Assembly (NCBI GenBank): GCA_030390025.1
Contig: CM059432.1
Coordinates: 50,408,001 to 50,472,000 of the forward strand
Length of the DNA: 64,000 nt
Source of the DNA: Squalus acanthias
Taxonomy: Eukaryota
Direction of reading: 5' to 3'
Shown: positions 37,930 to 50,832 of the stretch, one piece after another
Layout of the letters: each line of letters opens with the position of its first letter
Numbering within the stretch: position 1 is the first letter of the stretch
Position numbers and translations under genes: made by a program
Notes under the pieces: generated by a model
Databases searched by the model: none
What the model saw: the letters and a program-made list of their open reading frames with translations, nothing else
Told to the model about the DNA's origin: nothing

Positions 37930-38623
37930 TACATTGTGTTCTCAGTTTTTATGATATTATTGACCAATAAAGAAATTTATAACCAAGGCCATGGGACGAA
38001 CAAGAGTGTTTCCCAGCAACGAGATTGAGGTCATGCCAAAGTCAACAAATTATTTACAGCTTAGTCGCTTCCCCCCACAAAATGTAGTCACTTTAGCTTT
38101 TTAAATAATTATCTGTCGACAAATTTTGCTTCTGGTTTTAATTCCTGTTGCAAGTAACACAAATAACTATTCTGGGGGTCAACATTTAGTTGGATAACCA
38201 GTTTGATGGATATTCAAGCCAAATCAAGAATGAAAGAAGTACTAGCTAGAGCAAGAGGACCTCAACCTGGCTGTGCAAAGTATCATGAGGTACTGATATT
38301 TGAACCACTTTCAGAAAGGTGCAACGTAATTCTCGTACTAATCAAGGGCAAAGATGTCAATATTGAAGCACTTCTTTTCAGTAGCGTCTGCATCATCACA
38401 TCCAGATGAGTATGGCGCAGGTCAGATATGAACATACAAACACTTACATAGTGACTTAGCATTTCTTCAGGACACCCCAAATCACTTTACCCAACTAATG
38501 GATCACATTCGAAGCACAATCACTGTATGTAGCCCAATACAATAGTCAATTGCATATAGCAAGATTCCACAAACAGCAAATGAATGAATGGCCAGTTAAT
38601 CTGATTTTGGCCGTACTGGTTAA

Positions 38624-38695
38624 GAACATAAGAACATAAGAATTAGGAGCAGGAGTAGGCCATCGAGCCTGCTTCGCCATTCAATAAGATCATCA
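38624..38695 (-). mobile_element. CR1 3' tail
   Basis: AACATAAGAACATAAGAATTAGGAGCAGGAGTAGGCC. Confidence 0.8.
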
Positions 38696-39059
38696 CCTGA
38701 TCTGAAAACCCCTTGATATTGCAGCACTCTTTCGGTACTGCTCTGAAGTATCAATTCAGATTATGTTCTAAAGCATATGAAAAGAAGGGCAAACAAAGAC
38801 AGACAGACCCATTGACCCTGATATAAATGCTGTACTACATTTTAAGGGGAAACAATTTATCTTAATTCTATTTGTTATGAATGTGAGTCAATTGCACAAA
38901 ACTAACTGTTCTTGAATTCTAATTGGGCCATCTCACTCAGATAGATGTTAATGGAGACTGGGATGAAAAATGGGCATGTCATATTGATCTATTAAAGGTT
39001 TCTAATGTTGTGGTTAGGGCATAGTTTTCCTTTCATTCATTACAAATAAGAATCCACTG

Positions 39060-39562
39060 GAGCAGTGTAGAGAGCTTTATGAACAACAAGTGCAAGAGAA
39101 TATAGCTTTAAAATTAACAAGACTCAAGCAAAACAAGAGGTTAGAAGAAGCTATTTTCCCACAAGGTAGTGGATTTCGAGCAAAACCAATTGAGGCTGAG
39201 ATAACTAACTTAAAAAAAAGAATGGGATAAATATCTGATTAGGATGAGATTGCAGGTTATGGTGATGTAGTTGGACATGATCAAATATTCCACAGGAAAT
39301 AATGGTACCTCTACTGTTGGGGTGAGGGAAGGGAAGATGCTAGCTATGGAGTACAACAGGCTAGAGGTGTTGAGATGACTAGCATAGATGCATTTAAAAG
39401 GAAGCTAGATAAACACACGAGGGAGAAAGGAATAGAAGGATATGTTGATGGGGTTAGATGAAGAAGGGCGAGAGGAGGCTCGTGTGGAACATAAACACTG
39501 GCATAGACCTGTGGGCCAAATGGGCTGTTTCCATGATGTAAATACTATGTAAAATACTATGA
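39060..39562 (+). mobile_element. CR1 3' fragments (degenerate)
   Basis: AAGCTAGATAAACACACGAGGGAGAAAGGAATAGAAGGATATG and (TAAATACTATG) tail. Confidence 0.7.
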
Positions 39563-39564
39563 TG

Positions 39565-40400
39565 TGTGGGAGGTGAAAACGGCCGAAGAACCCGGCAAGG
39601 CCTGCACGTGGAGGTCCTGCCAAACTTAACGGCAGGACTTATTTATAATTTTTTGGATCCGTTTCCTGCCTGGAAGCAGTCCAAATTGACAGTCTGGCTG
39701 GCAATGTTCCCGTTAAGTTGTGTGGCCATGTGGTGCTCTGGAGGTCCCGTGCAGGATGCTTGCTAGCTTCACAATGGGAAAAACCGCTCATGCGCGGAAA
39801 TTTGAATGGGTCGCACAGACTCTTAAAGGGGCCACGCACCCAAAAAAAATTAAAGGAAACATTGCTGGCTGGTGAACAGGAGAAAAATCCAGTGGCAGGA
39901 GGTCGCAGCTGGGGAACCTTGGGAATCGGGGAAGGTTGGCCATCGCAGCTTTGGGGGGGTGGGGGGGGGTGGGGGAGGTGTTAGAAGAGATCGGCCATCG
40001 CGAATTGTGGGGGTGAAGATTGCCGATCGCAGATTTGGGGCGGTGGGGGGGGGGGGGTGAAGTTTGGCCATTGTGGTGGGAGAGGGGCCGCAATCTGCGG
40101 GGGAGAAGCTGAAAGATTCTTTGAGGGGTCGGGGGGGGGGGAGAACTCCTGCTGCTTCTAGCTTACAAGGAATGCTAGAAAAGGCATTTACCTTGAGGAG
40201 CCGGCTGCTCCCTTACACTGCCGGATTTCCCGACCCCTGGGAAACCCGCATAGCAGCTGTGAATTTTAAATCACGATATCTGCCACCGCAAAAAAAGGCG
40301 GTGGGCGCGTGCGCGGCGTGTTGGGGACGTGTTCCCAATATATAAGTCTTTTACCCTTCCCGACCCTCTCCAGCCTGTCGTGGGGGATTAAGCCCACCCC
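39565..40400. mobile_element. GC-rich putative non-autonomous DNA transposon with G-runs
   Basis: GC/CpG-rich island with motifs resembling other Harbinger-like elements here; termini poorly defined. Confidence 0.4.
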
Positions 40401-40576
40401 ATCCAATTAATTGTGCAACCTCACACACCCGTTCACTTAGCCACAGCAACACTATCTCCTGGAAGAGACAACAGAAGATGATTTTAAATGGGACCAATTC
40501 TGGAGAAACCTGTGGAAATTCATCTCCTAATCCCTAAGGCAATCAACAGGAGACCATGGTAACCATTTAAACATAT

Positions 40577-40602
40577 AGGGGGGGGGGGGATTTCTTCTTT
40601 TG

Positions 40603-40638
<36 letters not shown>
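40577..40638. repeat. Poly-G tract followed by (TA)n microsatellite
   Basis: Direct read. Confidence 0.95.
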
Positions 40639-40640
<2 letters not shown>

Positions 40641-41339
40641 TAAACGTATTCTTTATGAACAAGTCTATGATTTTGTTACATAAAGTGTACAGACTAAATC
40701 TTCTCTGACAATTCATCATACAAATTAAAACAAGTTACATTTTTAAACCAAAGAGGATTTATTGTTCTAAATGAGTCACATATGGTGTGTTGTGTTTTAG
40801 AATATTCACTAAGCCAACTGTTCCCTTCCATATTCACAGGGTCACGTTTGGAGGTATAAATATACATATACGTCTCCTGTGGGCAAAATACAAACGATGG
40901 ATTTGTATGTAGCATATTGTATTAATGGTGCAATTTAAATATTAAAATTTTGACCAATCATATTTTGTCACAGCCATGGTGATTAGTGTGATGAGCATGC
41001 AAGATTGTCGGTTTATCATGTTCAATAGCTGGGGTCTGTTCTCATCTTTTATTGAATATAGATATATATATCTCTTCAGAACTGTTCATAGTTAAGACCT
41101 GAGTTCCATTTATCATTACCTCCTGCATATTGCACTAGGATTTATAGCTTCATATTATAAGACGAATATGCCTATATTTATTTTCCAACCAAAATTGTCA
41201 AATCTATTTCTATAAGGTTGTAGAGGTAGGGAAGAACATTCAACGCTGTTTTTTCCATTTCAGCATGTGACTTTGAATTCAGTCCAGATTGATGGGATGA
41301 AAGCCTTCACTTGCCGTGGTCCTAAATTAAATGAATTTG

Positions 41340-42640
41340 GGGAAGATGGAAAATAGGTTTGAGGAAAGAAGGAGCTTCAGCCCTTTGATCTCATCCTTCT
41401 AGAGTATCAACCCTATTATCTACCCTTTGCAGAATCTAACCGTTTCTTAAATAAGTCCATTGCCTTCTCTGCAACTAACATTCCTGGGAATCTATTCAAG
41501 CTGCAGAAATAAATACTTCCTGATGATTGTCCTATATTTACTTTTCACAACCTTGAACCTGTTCCCGCTTGTCTGAAAGTACTAACTTAAGTTTGCTCTC
41601 TCTATCCCGTTAAGTATTATGTACCTCTGTAAGGTTCCCACAAAGACTTCTCTTTTCGAGGCTCAAGAGTCCCACATAATTCATTCCTCAAAGTCTTTCT
41701 TTCTGATATTGAAGATCAGTCTCCTTGCTCTCCTCTGCAATGCTTCAAGATCCTGCATGGTCCCATTATGTCTCAGCAGCCAGAACAGTGTGCAGTACTA
41801 CAGGTGCAGCTTGACCAAGGCATCGTCAGCACGGCCTCTGGGAAATTGAAGTCAGCTGATCTAACAGTATAACCTAGAATCCTATTTGCTATGCTTACTG
41901 CTGCATATGATCGGCAGCAATTTCTGTGGGCGTTCTCCTGCTCCCCCACCTTAACTCCGGAGAAAGATCAGTGGAAACCTCAGTGAAATAGCATTATCGA
42001 CGGGAGATTAGTAGATGCTTTGTGGAAATTCTACCAATGAGCAAAGAGTCAAGGAACATGCAAACATATGTAAAAGGACAGCAAGGACCAGCTGGTTCAT
42101 CAAGCCTGAACCATCCTGGCATGGTGTAACATGTCATTTCTATTGCCTCTACCCCCACGCACCCATGCAATCTCCTGGGAGAGGCAAAAAAAAAGGAAAA
42201 AAACATAGGTCTATCAAACAAGCTCCAGGAGACACAATCCCCAATGACCCAACTATCTTCTGTATGTAAATATGTTTGCCGCTCTCAAGAAATTGTCTAG
42301 CTCCCTTTTGAATGCTTGCGACAAATTCACACTCACTACACGTGCCAACAACTTATTTCAAGGGTTGAAAAATTCTCCGCAAAAAGTAATACCTCTGAGC
42401 ATCGAACTTAGTTCTATACTTCTGCAACTTATACTTATGTTTCCAGGCCCTCCTTGACCTATCTAGCTCAAGTAGCCTATCCAATTGGACTGAGTCTAAT
42501 CCTTTTATTGTTTTTAAGAACTCAATCATATGTCCTCAAAGTCCCAAAGTAAACAGTCCCAGCTCTGTTAGCCTGTCATAGTCTTAATTCGGCATAGTAT
42601 CCCTGACGTGGCCTGACTAAGGCCTTATAAAAAGAAAGGT
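41340..42640 (-). mobile_element. Old degenerate CR1 fragments
   Basis: CAGAACAGTGTGCAGTACTACAGGTG (reverse complement of a HL-YCTLFW-like motif) and 3' UTR remnants. Confidence 0.55.
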
Positions 42641-42954
42641 GTTCCTGGCTTTATAATTAACGTCAGCATAAAATTAAGAATAGAGCTTTTTGTAGATTTA
42701 TCCTGGAATTTATTATTTATCACTGTAACCCTCTTCCTTCCCAATAAAAATCACAGTAAACTGCCTTTTATATTTTAAACCGAGGCCCCATCTCTGAGGT
42801 GGACATAAAAGATCCCAAGGCACTATTCAAAGAAAAGCAGGGGAGTTCTCCCAATGCAAAAAGAAAATACTGCAGATGCTGGAAATCTGAAATAAAAACA
42901 GAAAATGCTGGAGAAACTCAGCAGGTCAGGCAGCATCTGTGAAGAGAGAAACAG

Positions 42955-42991
42955 AGTTAACGTTTCAGGTCGATGACCTTTCGTCAGAACT
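42955..42991 (-). ncRNA. Minimal type-I hammerhead ribozyme motif (PLE family A)
   Basis: AGUU-CUGACGA-A-AGGUC-AUC-GACCU-GAAA-CG-UU-AACU; palindromic AACGUU at stem III. Confidence 0.82.
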
Positions 42992-43291
42992 GGAAAAAAG
43001 CAGGAAATGGAACAGATTGTAAGCAAGTGTAGGGGCAGGGAAAGGGGGGAGGGGATGAAAGAACAAAAGGGAAGGTCTGTGATAGGATGGAAGGCAGGAG
43101 AGATTAAGAGACATTAAGAGATACTCAAGTAAAAAGGAGATGGTAATGGGACAGGTTAAGAAACAAAGGATGGCTCTAGATGAAGTGTGAATTGTGCTGG
43201 CAGAATGAAAGACAGCTGCCATGTGGGAGAGAAGAACAGAAGGCACAAACAAAAAGTACGGATAAAAAATATATATATGATAGGGGTCAGG

Positions 43292-44782
43292 TTATGATCT
43301 GAAATTGTTGAACTCTATGTTGAGTCCAGAAGGCTGTAAAGTGCCTAATCGAAAGATGACGTGCTGTTCCTCGAGCTTATGCTGAGCTTCCATGGAACAA
43401 TGCAAGAGGCCGAGGACGGTGAGGTCTGAGTGGGAGTGGAGCGGTGAATTAAAGTGACGGGCGACCGGAAGCTCGGGGTCCCCCTTACGGACTGAACGGA
43501 GGTGTTCCGCAAAGCAGTCACCCAATCTGCGTTTGGTCTCCCCAATGTAGAGGAGACCACATCGTGAGCAGCGAATACTGTATACTAAATTGCAAGAAGT
43601 ACAAGTAAATCGCTGTTTCACCTGGAAGGAGTGTTTGGGGCCCTGGACAGTGGGAAGGGGGGAGGTATAAGTGCATGTGTTGCATCTCCTGCGCTTGCAC
43701 GGGAAGGTGCCGGGCGAAGGGCAAGGTGTGTTGGGGGTGATAGAGGAGTGGACTAGGGTGTCGCAGAGGGAGTGGTCCCTACGGAATGCTGAAAGGGGAG
43801 GTGAGGGGAAGATGCGTTTGGTGGTGGGATCACCCTGGAGGTGGCGGAAATGGCGGAGGATGATCCGTTGAATGTGGAGGCTGGTGGGGTGAAAGGTGAG
43901 GACAAGGGGAACTCTATCGTGGTTCCGGAAGGGAGGGGCAAGGGTGAGGGCAGAAGTGCGGGAGATATAACGGACACGGTCAAGGGCCGTGTCAACCACT
44001 GTAGAGGGGAATCCTCGGTTGAGGAAAAAGGAAGACATGTCGGAAGCACTGGTATGGAAGGTGGCATCGTCAGAGCAGATGCGGCGGAGACGGAGAAACT
44101 GGGAGAATGGAATAGAGTCCTTACAGGAGGCGGGGTGGAAGGAAGTATAGTCCAGGTAGCTGTGGGAGTCAGTGGGCTTGTAGTGAATGTTTGTCAATAA
44201 CCTATCCCCAGAGATGGAGACGGAGAAGTTGAGGAAGGGAAGGGAAGAGTCGGAGATGGACCATGTGAAGGTGAGGGAAGGGTGGAAATTGGAAGCAAAG
44301 TGGATGAAATTATCTAGTTCAGGGCGAGAGCAGGAAACGGCACTGATACAGTCATCAATGTACCGGAAAAAGAGGTGAGGGAGGGGACACGAGTAGGACT
44401 GGAACACAGAGTGTTCCACATATCCCACGAAGAGGCAGGCATAGCTAGGACCCATGCGGGTTCCCATAGCAACACCTTTGATTTGGAGGAAGTAAATGGA
44501 GTCAAAGGAGAAGTTGTTCAATGTGAGAACAAGTTCAGCCAGGCGGAGGAGGGTGGTGGTGGATGGGGACTGGTTGGGCCTCTGTTCAAGGAATAGGCGG
44601 AGCACCCTCAGGCCATCCTGGTAGGGGATGGAGGTGTAGAGGGATTGGACGTCCATAGTGAAAAGGAGGCGGTTGGGGCCAGGAAACTGGAAACTGTTAA
44701 AGTGGCGGAGGGCGTCGGAAGAGACTGGACAAGTGGAGAAAAAATAGAGTCGAGATAGGAAGAGATAAGTTCCGTGGGGCAA
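43292..44782 (-). CDS. PLE RT + Cys linker + GIY-YIG endonuclease (open frame; N-terminus disrupted)
   Basis: MDVQSLYTSIP, GVAMGTRMGPSYA, FRYIDD, CKRRRCNTC, VYSIRCSRCGLLYIGET, PSGLN. Confidence 0.9.
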   Translation of the reverse strand: MPHGTYLFLSRLYFFSTCPVSSDALRHFNSFQFPGPNRLLFTMDVQSLYTSIPYQDGLRVLRLFLEQRPNQSPSTTTLLRLAELVLTLNNFSFDSIYFLQIKGVAMGTRMGPSYACLFVGYVEHSVFQSYSCPLPHLFFRYIDDCISAVSCSRPELDNFIHFASNFHPSLTFTWSISDSSLPFLNFSVSISGDRLLTNIHYKPTDSHSYLDYTSFHPASCKDSIPFSQFLRLRRICSDDATFHTSASDMSSFFLNRGFPSTVVDTALDRVRYISRTSALTLAPPFRNHDRVPLVLTFHPTSLHIQRIILRHFRHLQGDPTTKRIFPSPPLSAFRRDHSLCDTLVHSSITPNTPCPSPGTFPCKRRRCNTCTYTSPLPTVQGPKHSFQVKQRFTCTSCNLVYSIRCSRCGLLYIGETKRRLGDCFAEHLRSVRKGDPELPVARHFNSPLHSHSDLTVLGLLHCSMEAQHKLEEQHVIFRLGTLQPSGLNIEFNNFRS

Positions 44783-44916
44783 GAACAGGCTGAAATGATG
44801 GGTCTACCAGGGCAGTCCTGTTTGTGGATCTTGGGAAGGAGGTAGAAGCGGGTTGTGCGGGGTTGGGGAACTATGAGGTTGGCGGTTGTGGGGGGAAGAT
44901 CTCCAGAGGAGATGAG

Positions 44917-46244
44917 TCATAGAATTATAGTCATAGAGTTTTACAGCACAGAAAGAGGCCCTTCGGCCCATCGTGTCCGCGCCGGCCATCAAGCCCCGTC
45001 TATTCTAATCTCATTTTCCAGCACTTGGTCCATAGCCTTGTATGCTATGGCGTTTCAAGTGCTCATCTAAATGCTTCTTGAATGTTGTGAGGGTTCCTGC
45101 CTCTACCACCCTTTCAGGCAGTGAGTTCCAGATTCCAACCACCCTCTGGGTGAAAAAGTTTTTCCTCAAATCCCCTCTAAACCTCCTGCCCCTTACCTTG
45201 AAACTATGCCCCCTGGTTATTGACCCCTCTACTAAGGGGAAAAGTTCCTTTCTATCTACCCTATCTATGCCCCTCATAATTTTGTACACCTCAATCAGGT
45301 CCCCCCTCAGCCTTCTCTGCTCTAAGGAAAACAACCCCAGCCTGTCCAGTCTCTCTTCATAGCTGAAACGCTCCAGCCCAGGTAACATCCTGGTGAATCT
45401 CCTCTGCACCCTCTCCAATGCAATCTTATCCTTCCTATAGTGTGGTGACCAGAACTGCACACAGTATTCCAGCTGTGGCCTAACTAGCGTTTTGTACAGC
45501 TCCATCATAACCTCCCTGCTCTTATATTCTTTTCCTCGGTTAATGAAGGCAAGTATCCCATATGCCTTTTTGACCATCTTATCTACCTGTCCTGCTGCCT
45601 TCAGGGATCTATGCACATGCACACCAAGGTCTCTCTGATCCTCTGTCCTTCCTAGGGTCCTACCATTCATTGTGTATTCCCTTGCCTTGTTAGTCCTCCC
45701 AAAATGCATCACCTCACCCTTTTCAGAGTTAAATTCCATTTGCCACTGTTCTGCCCATCTGACCAACCCGTCTATATCGTCCTGGAGCATGAGGCATCCC
45801 TCCTCGCTATTTACCACTCCACCAATTTTCGTGTCATCTGCGAACTTACTGATCATACCTCCTACATTCATATCTAAATCATTAATGCACACTACAAACA
45901 GCAAAGGACCCAGCACCGATCCCTGTGGCACACCACTGGACACAGGCTTCCAGTCACAAAAACAACCTTCGACCATCACCCTCTGCCTCCTGCCACTAAG
46001 CCAATTTTGGATCCAATGTGCCAAATTGCCCTGGATCCCATGGGCTCTTACCTTCTTGACCAGTCTCCCATGCGGGACTTTGTCAAAAGCCTTACTGAAG
46101 TCCATGTAGACTACATCAACTGCACTACCCTCATCCACACACCTAGTCATCCCCTCGAAAAATTCAATCAAATTGGTTAGACATGATCTCCCCCTGACAA
46201 AGCTATGCTGACAATCCTTGATTAATCCTTGCCTCTCCAAGTGG
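44917..46244 (-). mobile_element. Young CR1 (intact RT C-terminal frame) nested in the PLE
   Basis: ORF 45011-46240 (409 aa), (CTATGA)-type tail, ATGAG duplicated at 44912-44916 and 46247-46251. Confidence 0.95.
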
Positions 46245-46774
46245 CCATGAGGTCAGTGCCAGTCTTGGAGATGGTGGCTTGATGTTCGGTAGTGTGGTCA
46301 TGGTCCAGGCGGAGGTAGGAGGAGGTGTCGGAGAGTTTGCGTTCAGCTTCCGCTAGGTAGAGGTCGGTTCGCCAAACAACAACAGCACCACCCTGGTCAG
46401 CAGGTTTAATGACAATGTCAGGGTTGGATCTGAGAGAATGGAGTGCTGCAAGTTCAGAGGGAGGTAGGTTGGAGTGAGTGAGGGGAGCAGAGAAATGGAG
46501 ACGGCTGATGTCACGCCGGCAGATTGCAATGAAAAGATCTAGAGAGGGTAAGAGGCCAGAGGGAGGGGTCCAGGTAGAACGAGAATTCTGAAAGCGGGAA
46601 AAAGGGTCCTTCAGGTAGAACGAGAATTCTGAAAGCGGGAGAAAGAGTTCTCCCAATGTCTTGGCCAACATTTATCCGTCAGCCAACGCCATAAATGAAA
46701 CAGATTAAATGGTCATTTATCTTATTGCTGTTTATAGGAACTGTCTGTGTGCAAATTGGCTGCCATGTTTGCTA

Positions 46775-46875
46775 CAACAACAACTTGCATTTATATAGTG
46801 CCTTTAACATGGTAAAACGTCCCATGGTGCTTCACAGGAGCGTTATCAAACAAAATTTGACACCGAGCCACATAA
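46775..46875 (-). mobile_element. L2 3' tail
   Basis: Reverse complement matches 53545-53646 (...GCTATATAAATGCAAGTTGTTGTTG). Confidence 0.75.
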
Positions 46876-46949
46876 AGAGCACAGCAAAGGAGTTCCCTAG
46901 GGAGCTGCCTGCCCAGGAGCCAAGACAATAGTGACTTCAAAAGTAATTA

Positions 46950-48360
46950 ATTGACTGTGAAGGAAGTTACACAGGGACTTGGACAGACTAAGCAAGTGAG
47001 CACAGCTATGACAGATGGAGTTCAATGTGGGGAAGTGTGAGGTCATCCACTTTGACCCGAGAAAGACAAATCTGAATATTTTCTTCATGGGAAGAGACTA
47101 GCAAGGAAAAATTGGATCGCGCCCCCTTTGGGGTACCAACTAATTTTAGCGCCCTGAAAATGTTAGCGCCCCCATGTCCAAAATTGAATGGTAGTGCCCC
47201 AGCAGGAGGCGGGGTGCTACTGGAAGCGCTCCCCCTCCCTCTAGGGGCGCTCCCATTGAATATCACGGCACTACGTGCAGCAGCGCCACGCGCGTCGGCA
47301 CATAACGCCACAGTACTACAGACCTCCCTCCCCTGATTAAAGGGGAGCAGCCTAGTGCAGCACACACTGGGGCCCTGCTGGACCACCGGGGAGCGGGGTG
47401 CCGGCAAAAGAGCCCGGCACTCAAGAGGAGTGCCGGGCTGACCGATCGCAGCTGGCACCCCGCAGGAGGAGGCGAGAGAGGGCAGGTACTGGCAGGTGGC
47501 CCAAAAAAAAGGCCGCCCGGCACCTGCCCTTTAATTTGCGTCACCCTGGCCGCAAACACGGCACCCTGACCCTGTTGGACATAGCATCCTGCGGTAGGTC
47601 AGGGGGCACGAAACAATTTTGCGGCCGGGGAGCTGTGCAAGGCGATGACGTCATCGCCGGAGTCGCAGCGCCGCGGGGCGCTACCGGCTACCGCCGCCGC
47701 TAACATCCCGCTGAATTTCGCAGGAGGTGTTAGCGGTGCCGCACCCGGGCGCTCGGGGCGCTAACAGGAGGCGCAAAGCAACCAAATTCTTTCCCCCAGG
47801 AACTGTGGAAGAGCAAAGGGATTTGGATGTCCATGTACACAAATCACTAAAGACTGATGCACAAGTACAAAAAGGCTAATGGGGATGTTCGCCATTATCT
47901 CAAGGGGGTCAGAATACAAAAGTGAGGAAGTTATGCTTCAGTTGTACAGAGCCTTGGTCAGATCCCATCTGGAGTATTGTGTTTGGTTTTGGGCGCTGCA
48001 CTTCAGGAGGGATATACTGGCCTTCAATGGGGTACAGTACAAATTTTTCAGAATGATACTGGGTCTTAAAGGGTTAAATTATGAGAACACTAAACTTGGT
48101 TTGTATTCCCTTGAGTTTAGAAAGTTGAGGGGAGATCAAATCGAGCTCTTTAAAATTATAAAAAGTACATACAAAGGAACTATTGCCTCCTGTGGGAGAA
48201 TCCAGAACAAGGGGGCATAATCTTAAATTGGAGCTAAACTAGGAGAGAATTCAGGAAGCGTTCTTCACACAAAGGGTAGTGGAAATCTGGAACTCTTGAG
48301 GTACAGATTATCTCTGATCTCATGGAATGGCAGAACAGGCTGAAGGTTCCTATTTTCCTT
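46950..48360 (+). mobile_element. Old CR1 3' fragment interrupted by an N2 element
   Basis: LVRSHLEYCVWFW; GLYSLEFRKLRGD. Confidence 0.8.
47102..47797. mobile_element. Family N2 copy 2
   Basis: Collinear with 30783-31473; right end reverse complement GGGGGAAAGAATTTGGTTG. Confidence 0.82.
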
Positions 48361-49604
48361 AGCATTTTGGAACCTCCTGTGGACAAGAAAGGCACTATAT
48401 AAATGCAAGTTTACTCATTTAAAAATAACAAGGACAGAGGTAGTCATCCCAATTGGAGCTGCTTTTTACCTACATCAAAGAGAGTGAGTTATAACACTGA
48501 GTCTGGACAAGACCCTGGAACAGCTAAATCAGCTTTAAGCGATTTATTTTACAGGAGGTAGGACATTTTAATAAAAGGAGTAGAATGGCATGGTATTGTT
48601 TTGGTAGAATCACTATACAACACAATACCATGGTATATCACTCCTTTAATAGTCAAACATGTTATAGCAAAATTAAACCTTAGAGGAATGTTAGCCTATA
48701 AAATTAATCACAGGCTGAACTAAACTCTCAATCAGCTTGAATGCTGCAATATGTAATGTATTCCTGTTGGCATAGGGGTTGTACAGCTCACATTTATTCA
48801 GGTCATCTTTTGCACACTAGAGGGGTCATACCCCCTACCTGGAGCATTCAGCTGGAACTGAACTATAAAGTCCACTGATGACTGGTCTTTGCCAGTGGAG
48901 GTGACATTTCTCCACAGACCTGCAAGGAGAGTGATAGGAATTCCATCACATAAATACATTTTATGCCTCACTGGTGATGTCTGGTGAAAATGATTTAATA
49001 TAGATAAGCATAAACCTGTCATTTATTAAATATAGGAGTCAATTTCAGTGGATCATTATGCAAATCAAGTTATACATTTCACTACACAGGGGCTGACTGT
49101 TAAATACAATTTAGTCTATTACTCCTGAGAGATTACCTACAACTGTCAGTTATTCCATACGAACAGAAACTATTTCTCATGGGTATTTTATGTGGTTGTT
49201 TTAGCTCCTTTTTAAAACAATGCAGGATGAGAAAATAAAGAAAAGCAAAACAAACTTCATTTTAAACATACTTCAGATTTTTTTCTTTCCATTTAAATGT
49301 TTTTACCTTGTAAGCCTGCTCACCATGACATATCATTCAAAAGCTAGAAGGGGAAGATTAGCTTCGGTAACAATTTTTTTTCCCCACAGCTGGCCTATGA
49401 TCCACGGACAGGGCAATTAAATTCAAAGTAATGTCAGTTTTAAAACATTAATTTCTAACACTGCACTAGCATCCTTAAATTAGCATACCAAAATATTCTG
49501 TCAGCAGGCAGTTAGATAAGTCACCACAATATTCAGTCTGGTGTCAACAAAGATTTGAGCCCAAAGATTGTTGCAATAATGGGCAGGCAGGAAGTCTTCC
49601 TTAG

Positions 49605-50025
49605 AAAGAGAGAAACACTTGTGCCTTTCATAACCACCGGACATCCCAAAGCTCTTTACAGCCAATAAAATACTTTTTGAAGTGTAGTCACTGTTGCAAT
49701 GTAGGAAATGCAGCAGCCAATTCACGCACAGCAAGTTCCCACAAACAACAATGTGATAATGACCAGGTAATCTGTTTTAGTGATATTGATTGAGGGATAA
49801 ATATTGGCCAGGACACCAGGGATAACTCCCCTGCTCGTCTTCGAAATACTGCTATGGGATCTTTTACATCCATCTGAGAGAGCAGACGGGGCCTCGATTT
49901 AACGGCTCATCCAGAAGATGGCAACTCCGGTTGCCCTGGAGCGTCAGCCTAGAATTTTGTGCTCAAGTCTCTGGAGTGCGACTTGAACCCACAACCTTCT
50001 GACTCAGAGGTGAGGGTGCCACAGT
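49605..50025 (-). mobile_element. Deu-type SINE
   Basis: Homologous to 22082-22486. Confidence 0.85.
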
Positions 50026-50401
50026 GGCTTTCCCGTCAGGTAAACTCAAGTCAGAAGAGGATTAGAAGCAGACAAGACCATTCAAGGTAAGTTTTTTACT
50101 TTCCTTTGTGGGCCAGGAGGAGAAAATGTTGGCAATTAAGGTTGGGTACAGTAGTTATACATGTCAAGCTGCCTGTGCAGGACAATTGTATGATTGTTTT
50201 GTTTAATAGTTGTGGATATCTGCAGGACTATGGAACAGAAGTCTTAAGAGATTTATATATGAGTTGTGAGTGGTGCCACTGATCAGAACTCTAGTATAAT
50301 TTAGTATCACAAATATCACCAAGTTTGTGTTGTACTGACAATACCCACTGACATAGCAATATTCTGGAATGACCAAGCTACCAATATTCTGGAATGACCA
50401 A

Positions 50402-50832
50402 GGGCAACACGGTGGCATAGTGGTTAGCACTGGTACCTCACAGCGCCAGAGACCTGGGTTCGAATCTGACCTCGGGTGACTGTCTGTGTGGAGTTTGCAC
50501 ATTCTCCCCGTGTCTGCGTGGGTTTCCTCCGGGTGCTCCGGTTTCCTCCCACAGTCCAAAAACGTGTGGGTTAGGTTGATTTGGCTATGATAAATTGACC
50601 CTTAGTGTTAGGGGGGATTAAATATGTGGGGTTATGGGGATAGGATGGGATATGTTAGGGGGAATTAAATACGTGGGGTTACGGGGGTAGGGTGGGATAT
50701 GTGTACTGTGGGGATTAAAGCAGGGACAGGGTACTGGATTTGGATGATCAGCCATGATCGTATTGAATGGCGGAGCAGGCTCGACGGGCCGAATGGCCTA
50801 CTCCTGCTCCTAGATTCTATGTTTCTATGTTT
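50402..50832 (+). mobile_element. HE1/V-SINE-like tRNA-derived SINE with CR1-derived tail
   Basis: A-box TGGCATAGTGG, B-box GGTTCGAATC, V-like core TGTGGAGTTTGCACATTCTCCCCGTGTCTGCGTGGGTTTCCTCCGGGTGCTCCGGTTTCCTCCCAC, CR1 3' UTR. Confidence 0.9.

Larger units (their letters stand above)
42857..46644 (-). mobile_element. Penelope-like element family A (Neptune-like), 5'-truncated, interrupted by CR1
   Basis: IKPADQGG (46222-46671), RT and GIY-YIG ORF, 3' hammerhead; TSD at 42843-42856 and 46645-46658. Confidence 0.93.
42773..46775 (+). mobile_element. Deu-type SINE split by the Penelope A insertion (42773-42856 and 46645-46775)
   Basis: Deu core continues across the 14-bp TSD GAGTTCTCCCAATG. 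Confidence 0.85.

Noticed and set aside
38203..38480. Host exon or ORF
   Set aside because: No recognisable motif and no convincing splice-site pair.
50402..50475. tRNA gene
   Set aside because: A/B boxes continue into a V-like core and CR1 tail, so it is a SINE head. The same applies to the Deu-SINE heads.
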